Source: Chrysomallon squamiferum (taxonomy: Eukaryota; Animalia; Mollusca). From it: a DNA stretch of 64,000 nucleotides. The stretch covers positions 19,716,001 to 19,780,000 of the forward strand of contig CM022670.1 in the NCBI GenBank assembly GCA_012295275.1. Direction: 5' to 3'. Below are positions 57,657-64,000 of this stretch, one piece after another (within the stretch, counting starts at the first letter, position 1; every line of letters starts with the position of its first letter). The position numbers were made by a program, and so were the translations under genes. Under the pieces are notes generated by a model, which saw only the letters and a list, made by a program, of their open reading frames with translations, was not told the DNA's origin and did no database searches.

Positions 57657-60395
57657 ATGGCGATCCCCAGCGCAGTTTTAGCTGCTGGATGGATTCCTTT
57701 TGTCGTTGTCATAGTTGTAAGCATGTCTTGTCATTTATTTACCTTGAAATATGTTTCACAAGATATCTGTAAAAATACAACTTAGTAACATGTAATTCGA
57801 TCCTAAAGCGTTAAGATTTTTTCTTCTCATTTTCCTTGTGAAAAGAAACGGATGTAAATTCAGTTTGTAATACATAGAATGATACATGATACAAAATCAG
57901 ACCAAGCAGAGAAATGATCTTTAAGTAAAACATGAATCGTTAATAGATACGAACACTATCTTAACAGTAAAATAATAGGTTAATTTTTATTTAAAAATTG
58001 CAGTCATTCTCACTTGATAACCATACTGATACTGTCAGTATTATAGTATAGCGAAAGTGCCCCAACACGGTATTTACTTTTTAAAGTTTTATTCTGCAAG
58101 CCAAGAAGTATAACTAATTTATATATGAATTCTCTTAATACACAAATCCTATGGCATCCAGTAAAAGAATAATACAAATTTTACAAGATAGTCATGCATT
58201 AGTATATTCCTTCATTTCCTTTTATTTTTGAAATATAAAACATGATAAACACAAATAATAATAATAAATAAATAAATAAAAAAGGTGATTCGTAAATGGT
58301 GTAATTTATTTTTATACTGTGTTTTAAAAATAGTAAATGACCAAAACTATAAATAATGTTTTCAGAGAAAACATCCAAACACAACAAAGAACACAACAAA
58401 GAGACAAAAAAAGAAGATAATGAAACATTTCATACTTTTTTTATTATAATTTTTTGTATTTAGCTATGTTCACTACATAAATTATAATTTTTGGGATATT
58501 TAAAGTGGGGTATAGTACCCCCAGTAATTGCAAATTGATGGTGCTGACAGTTTTGAATGAATCGCAGTAGTTGATAAAACTGGATTCAGATGTGCCTTGG
58601 CTTTTCTTCAGTAAAAACTGTTAAAACAGTGTTTTTAATTATTATTGTTATTATTTTTTTTTCTTCTTCAAAATGCCTTTAAATGATTTTTGACATGATT
58701 CAAGGCAAGTTACTGTATAACATATAATCAGATGACTTAGAATATCATTGTTTTCAGCATTTGCAAATGAAGAAGAAAATAATTAGATGAATTATAATTC
58801 ATTGAAAATGCTATTAACAATTTTAATTAATATTTTTGTGTTGGTGCTGTTAATATAGTTAAAAACTAATAATCCTGTCTAAAACCATACCAGCTGAATA
58901 ATTCAAGATTGTATTAGCTATTATTGTTACATGTTAATGTTTAAAAGAGAACATATTAAGCCCATATAATTTTTATAACTTTATACATTTTATTACACTT
59001 GTTAATATCTATGTTAAAAAAAAAAAAATCTTTTTTTTAATTGTATATTCATAAATAATTTGCATCATCACTATTAACTATTTTTAAAATTAATTTAGCC
59101 AGGATTCTTTTATTTGATTTTCTTCAATTTATCAGTTGACACTGTTATTTTCCACTGCCTACATCCGTTACTACATGAGTAAATATGACAGTGAGGTGTC
59201 AACAACAATTGCTGCAATCCTTGCTTTGACTGTTACGCTGTTGACATCTGCCTTGGTTCCAGTGGACATATTTCTTGTGTCTTACATGAAGACATCAGAT
59301 GGCCAATTTAAAGTAAGATTATAATTTAGAACAATGATCAAATTCATTTTATAATGATAGTTATTACATCTCAATGATCTATAATAAATCATCCTCACTT
59401 CATAAAGTTAAATACATGATCTCTGAGAAATTGAAATTATTTTTAGAGAAAGCCTTAAATACAAACAATACATTTTATTTCAAACTTTTTGCTAACTTTT
59501 TTTTATGGAAATGGCCTTTATATAGTGGAGAAATGTTTTAACCGTTTTTAAACAATTATGTAGTCATATTTTCTAAATGTTTACAGGAATGGGCAAATAA
59601 CTCTGAAACAAGAAATTCTTTGGAAGCTTCAGTTCTTTATGGCTACTATGGTAATCATATTTTAAAAGGATTAGAATTCAGACACACACTCATACACACA
59701 TGTGGAACGTAGGTAAACAGTATGTTAAATAAATTTTGGAATTTGTTTTAGAAGCAAATAGTAATCAGTATATAATTTGAAAACACAACAACACAAACTA
59801 CTGTTATAATTCCTGAATAGTGATACCTGTCTTTAGTGGCCCCTGAGATGAGCAGTCACCTATGAGGTATGGTTGTTTTTCAATAAATGTTGTCCCTAAG
59901 ATCAATGGAGACCTATTGAATGCAAACACAGATACATTTTTTTAAAATTATTATTCCACTGCTAAACCAGACAGTCATATACTGATTTGGATTTGTTTTC
60001 TCAAAAATAAATAATTTTCTAGCACTGCATAGTGTATTCAAGGAGTGTTGTTCTTGTCAAATCACAAGGCCCTGCAAACTTCTATCACCAAATGCTTGCC
60101 TGTCAAATTGTGCGAGTTTAACCCATTTTGATAATTGAATCATTCAACAGCATTTCATGCATATTTAAGTTCTATAAACACCCATGTCTTAGCAGACTTA
60201 TCAGATCTGACAGATAGTGCGGCTGGCACTTATTGGAGCCCTTATATAGCTTATTATGAGTTTTATGATGTGAAAATTAAGATTTATTTCCCATCTTCAC
60301 TGAACTCAATATATTTGAAATTGTATTTTAGGAAAAAGGTTTGATGCTTGCTATGGTATTTACACCTATAATAATATATATTTAACACCTATTTC

Positions 60396-60427
<32 letters not shown>

Positions 60428-63400
60428 TCACACAGCCACATATACATGTACATACATATATTTTTTAATTTAACACTTGTATAAATTATTTGACACATTT
60501 TCTGAGTTTTTTATCATCCCTCTACCTAAAATATTAATTTATAATAACATATAAAATTCATTTTCATTAGAATCTGCCACTTTGGATCTATGTTTTTAAT
60601 GTTGATTACTTAACAAACAAGAATAATTTAAGAAAAATAAATTATAATCAGTGGTAATTTTTTTTTTCCAGTTCTCTATGCAGTTATTACATTTTGTTTG
60701 TTTTTGCTGCTACCCTTCATGTATTTTTTTTATGAAGAAAAAGATGAAAATTCAACTTGCAAAAGTGTAAGTATTTAAATATGGTTAGATGAGAAAATTT
60801 CATATTTTTTATTATTATTATTATTATTATTTTTTTTTTTTTTTTTTTTTTTTTTAATCATATCTGCTTTCATTAAAAAATTAAGGACATTGAAAAGAAC
60901 TAAAAAGATAAATGTTTTATTGACTTAAAAGTTATATAACATTAAGAAAGTAGTTTGTGAGGGGTGATATATTTTTTAAAATGTGAAAGGGAATGTACAT
61001 ATCTAGATTTAATGGAATGTATTTTCTCTATACTGTATCATTACACAATTGGGAAATTATAAGAATATTTTATTTTCTATGACATAAATTAAATGTATTG
61101 CTTCATGGAATAAAAATTTAAAAACTTCAAATAAATACTTAGAATTGAATATTTTTCAGTTTAATTTTGAATATTTGTGTAACTATCAAAGTATATAAAA
61201 TAGCAATGAAAATGTACTGTTATTATTTATTTATATTTTATTTTTTTTAAATTTATTATTATTACTAACAGGTATCATTATTATTATTATTTCTCTTATA
61301 AGTAGATTCCATTTATTTTTACATTAATAATTTTTGTTACAATTTGTCTTCTTTGTAGAGATGCTGTTCATCACTCAAATACATGATTGTGTTTGTTATT
61401 GTTGTGGCAGCTCTTATGTTAATTGGGTAAGACTAATTTAATATAATTTTTTAATAAAATGTTTCCATACTTAACAATTAGCAATCCATAGTTAAACTAT
61501 AACAAATACATTAAGAATAAATTACAGATATAAATTTAGATCAGATTAAGTAATTAGTATTTTGTAAAAATAATAACAATTTTATCTACTTTCCAGATTT
61601 ATTTTGTTTTAATGTGCTTCAAGAGGATGCATATATGGAGTGCTGAGAAAATCAGTTGCATGGTGTATTGTAATACTAATACACATATTATGATAACAAA
61701 GTTTGACCAATTTAATTATGGATGAATTGATAATAATTTGAATAATTTATTATGAATCAGTGTTATCAGTACCCCAGTCAAAAGAAGATATCAATAAGAT
61801 AATAAAGATCTGTAAAAGTAAAATAATACTAAAATCTTGAAAATGTCTGTAAATTTTATTTTATTTCACTAGAGCCTTTGTTCCTACTCGAACAGTTCCA
61901 AATACCAATCAGACCGAATGGAAGAATATTGAATTACTCTTCAAAGACCTTGCCAGCAATGGTAATTTGTTTGATTTCTTTTTCTTTTCTTTATATCTAT
62001 ATGTATGTGTGTGTGTGTGTGTGTGTGTATGTACATACATACACATTTACTCACAGACACACACTCACATTCATACATATATTTTTCTTTTCTTCAGGGG
62101 GTGAAGATTCTTTGTCTTTTGTTATTAGTTGTCTCAGTCTTCTTGGTATGCTGGCTCTGATTACATACACAGTAAGTAATAACTGGCCAAGTTACTTTCT
62201 GTGTTTTTCGTCTTGTATAAAACATAAGTATCATTAAGAAAATGGTGATATATTTAAAAAAACAAAATATCGGATAAAATGTATTTTAAAAATATTTAAA
62301 ATTTCAAAGCAAATTCTGGTTGCTATATTAGAATGATTTCTGTATTGACAAACAAAATAACAGTATGCCTGTTTAGACTACATGATGACATATTTAAAAA
62401 ATTAGAAGAAGAATAATCTCAACATTGTTCTCTATATAATTATTATAATTTGACACTTATATAAATACATTTTCTGTCACATAATCCCAAGAAAATGTGA
62501 CTTTTATTTATTTTTTAAATGTTTTTATCAAGGCTTATGGGATGTCAGCTCTTCCTATTGGGCTGATAAAGGGCTACAGAGGTGTGAAGGAGGAAAGACT
62601 GGTTGTTCAAAGCAAGAGAAAGGAAAATGAAGACAGAAGACAAGCACTAAGAGAAAAGGTAAAGATAATATTTTATTTTTTTAACAGAAGTGTCCAAGTG
62701 ATTGAGATACATAGGATAGGACTAAAATATGGTGAAATTATATGTTGTTAAATTAAAAAAAAAGAAATAATAATAAATACCGTATATACTTGTGTACAAG
62801 GCGGCCTTATGTATAAGTCGATGTCTATTTTAAGACCAAAAATTGTGTCATTTTAGGTATTACTTGTGTATAAGTCAACTGTAGATTCCAGGCACCGTCA
62901 CTATTTTTAGACCAGTGTGACAGTGCCATGAAGGCCTACATTGTACGCCTACTGTAACATAACTTGCACGAGCTGTAACTTGCACGAACATACCATAATA
63001 ACGTAAATGCATGTATTACACGAGCTATAGCCTAAATGTATCATAAATAGTATCTCTTTAATGTAATAGGTCTAACATGGAGACCTAACTTACCGTTACA
63101 TTTAGCCGTTCTATGATTTACAAAATTTGTCGATAGTGGATATTAATGACGATTGCAATATTATTTCACCAAATTCTTTACAATTAAACAAGTGAGTTTT
63201 GTTTATGAAATTAGGACCGATATTTAGTGCAATTTGGCAGAGAAGTCTGCATTCCTAGATCATTGCAAGACGCGTACTGATGGTTTTCTCGCTTTAAAAT
63301 GTATTTTTATGTAATTAAATGGAAGAATATCATGTTTTACATTCATATTTGGTTTTGTTATTTAATTTTTCAAAAAAATTTATACGATAAAATTATATTT

Positions 63401-63957
63401 TTGAAAAGCTGAAAGACTGCGATTATTTTAGATGCATCCCATAGCAAAAAATAGTCAAAATGGCGACTCTTTAGCAACAGCTACAAAAGCATTACCTATG
63501 TATAAGTCAACCCCCAAAATATTACCTTAATATAGTCTCCCAAAAATTCGACTTATGCACAAGTATATACGGTAGTTTTTATAGTGGCATTTTTTTATGC
63601 ATACACATAGGTAACTCCATACCAGTATATAATGTCTGAAATGCTATGGGTTGAATTATATTTTATAGAAAAAATAAAAATGTACTTGTTCTTTAACAAT
63701 GGATAAATGGTTAAACTATTTAGCATTTTGTAAATGTAGTATGCTCACAGAAAAAGAATGTCATCACGTGAACAACAACAGTCATCAAACATTGAAGAGA
63801 GTGATCACTTGATGGAACGACAAGAGCGCCATCTGGAAAGGAAAGAAAGAAGCTGCCTACAGAAGTGTCTTCTAGTGTTACGTCCCTTTGAAATGCTCTT
63901 TGGCTTCCTGTTTCTTCTCCTTGCTTTGCTGGTTTTCATATCATTGCTGCTCACAAA
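57657..63957 (+). CDS. LMBRD1: Lysosomal cobalamin transport escort protein LMBD1 (LMBR1 family); runs off the 3' end of the window
   Basis: Frame-consistent exons: 57657-57716 (MAIPSAVLAAGWIPF), 59136-59312 (ALVPVDIFLVSYMK), 59587-59650, 60672-60766 (LPFMYFFYEEKDE), 61359-61426, 61873-61961, 62098-62171, 62533-62658 (AYGMSALPIGLIKG), 63740-63957 (LRPFEMLFG). Confidence 0.94.
62780..63572. mobile_element. Non-autonomous Tc1/mariner-superfamily MITE (~790 bp) in LMBRD1 intron 8
   Basis: Terminal inverted repeats ccgtatatacttgtgtacaag (left) and cttatgcacaagtatatacgg (right), TA on both flanks (62778-62779, 63573-63574), internal tgtataagtc repeats, and no transposase ORF. Confidence 0.9.
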
Positions 63958-64000
63958 GTAAGTTAATGTGGAAATGAATGTTTCATTGGCTTCAGATAGT

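Overview
AT-rich, intron-rich animal genomic DNA, most consistent with a mollusc or other lophotrochozoan (inferred from gene content, not proven). All exons were traced by hand from GT-AG sites and checked for reading-frame continuity. In order, the window holds: (1) the 3' part of an EGF-repeat receptor protein tyrosine phosphatase (+, 308-9567; intact D1, dead D2); (2) ANKRD13C (-, 16456-24025); (3) a spliced 54-aa single-TM microprotein (+, 27717-29798); (4) an unrecognised ~414-aa disordered protein (+, 31921-39219); (5) a small protein with a PP1-docking RVxF motif (+, ~40579-41127); (6) nanos (-, 42966-44099); (7) PRIM2 (-, 47866-57196), head-to-head with (8) LMBRD1 (+, 57657 to beyond the window end). 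Mobile DNA includes a decayed RNase H-bearing LINE and a TA-flanked MITE; microsatellites are abundant. The most notable observations are a 63-codon open frame after the UGA-C stop of ANKRD13C (readthrough candidate), a duplicated TM exon in the PTP ending in an in-frame stop (possible phosphatase-less decoy), the microprotein, a ~130-bp copy of nanos 3'UTR sequence upstream of the convergent RVxF gene, and four internal repeats in Nanos.
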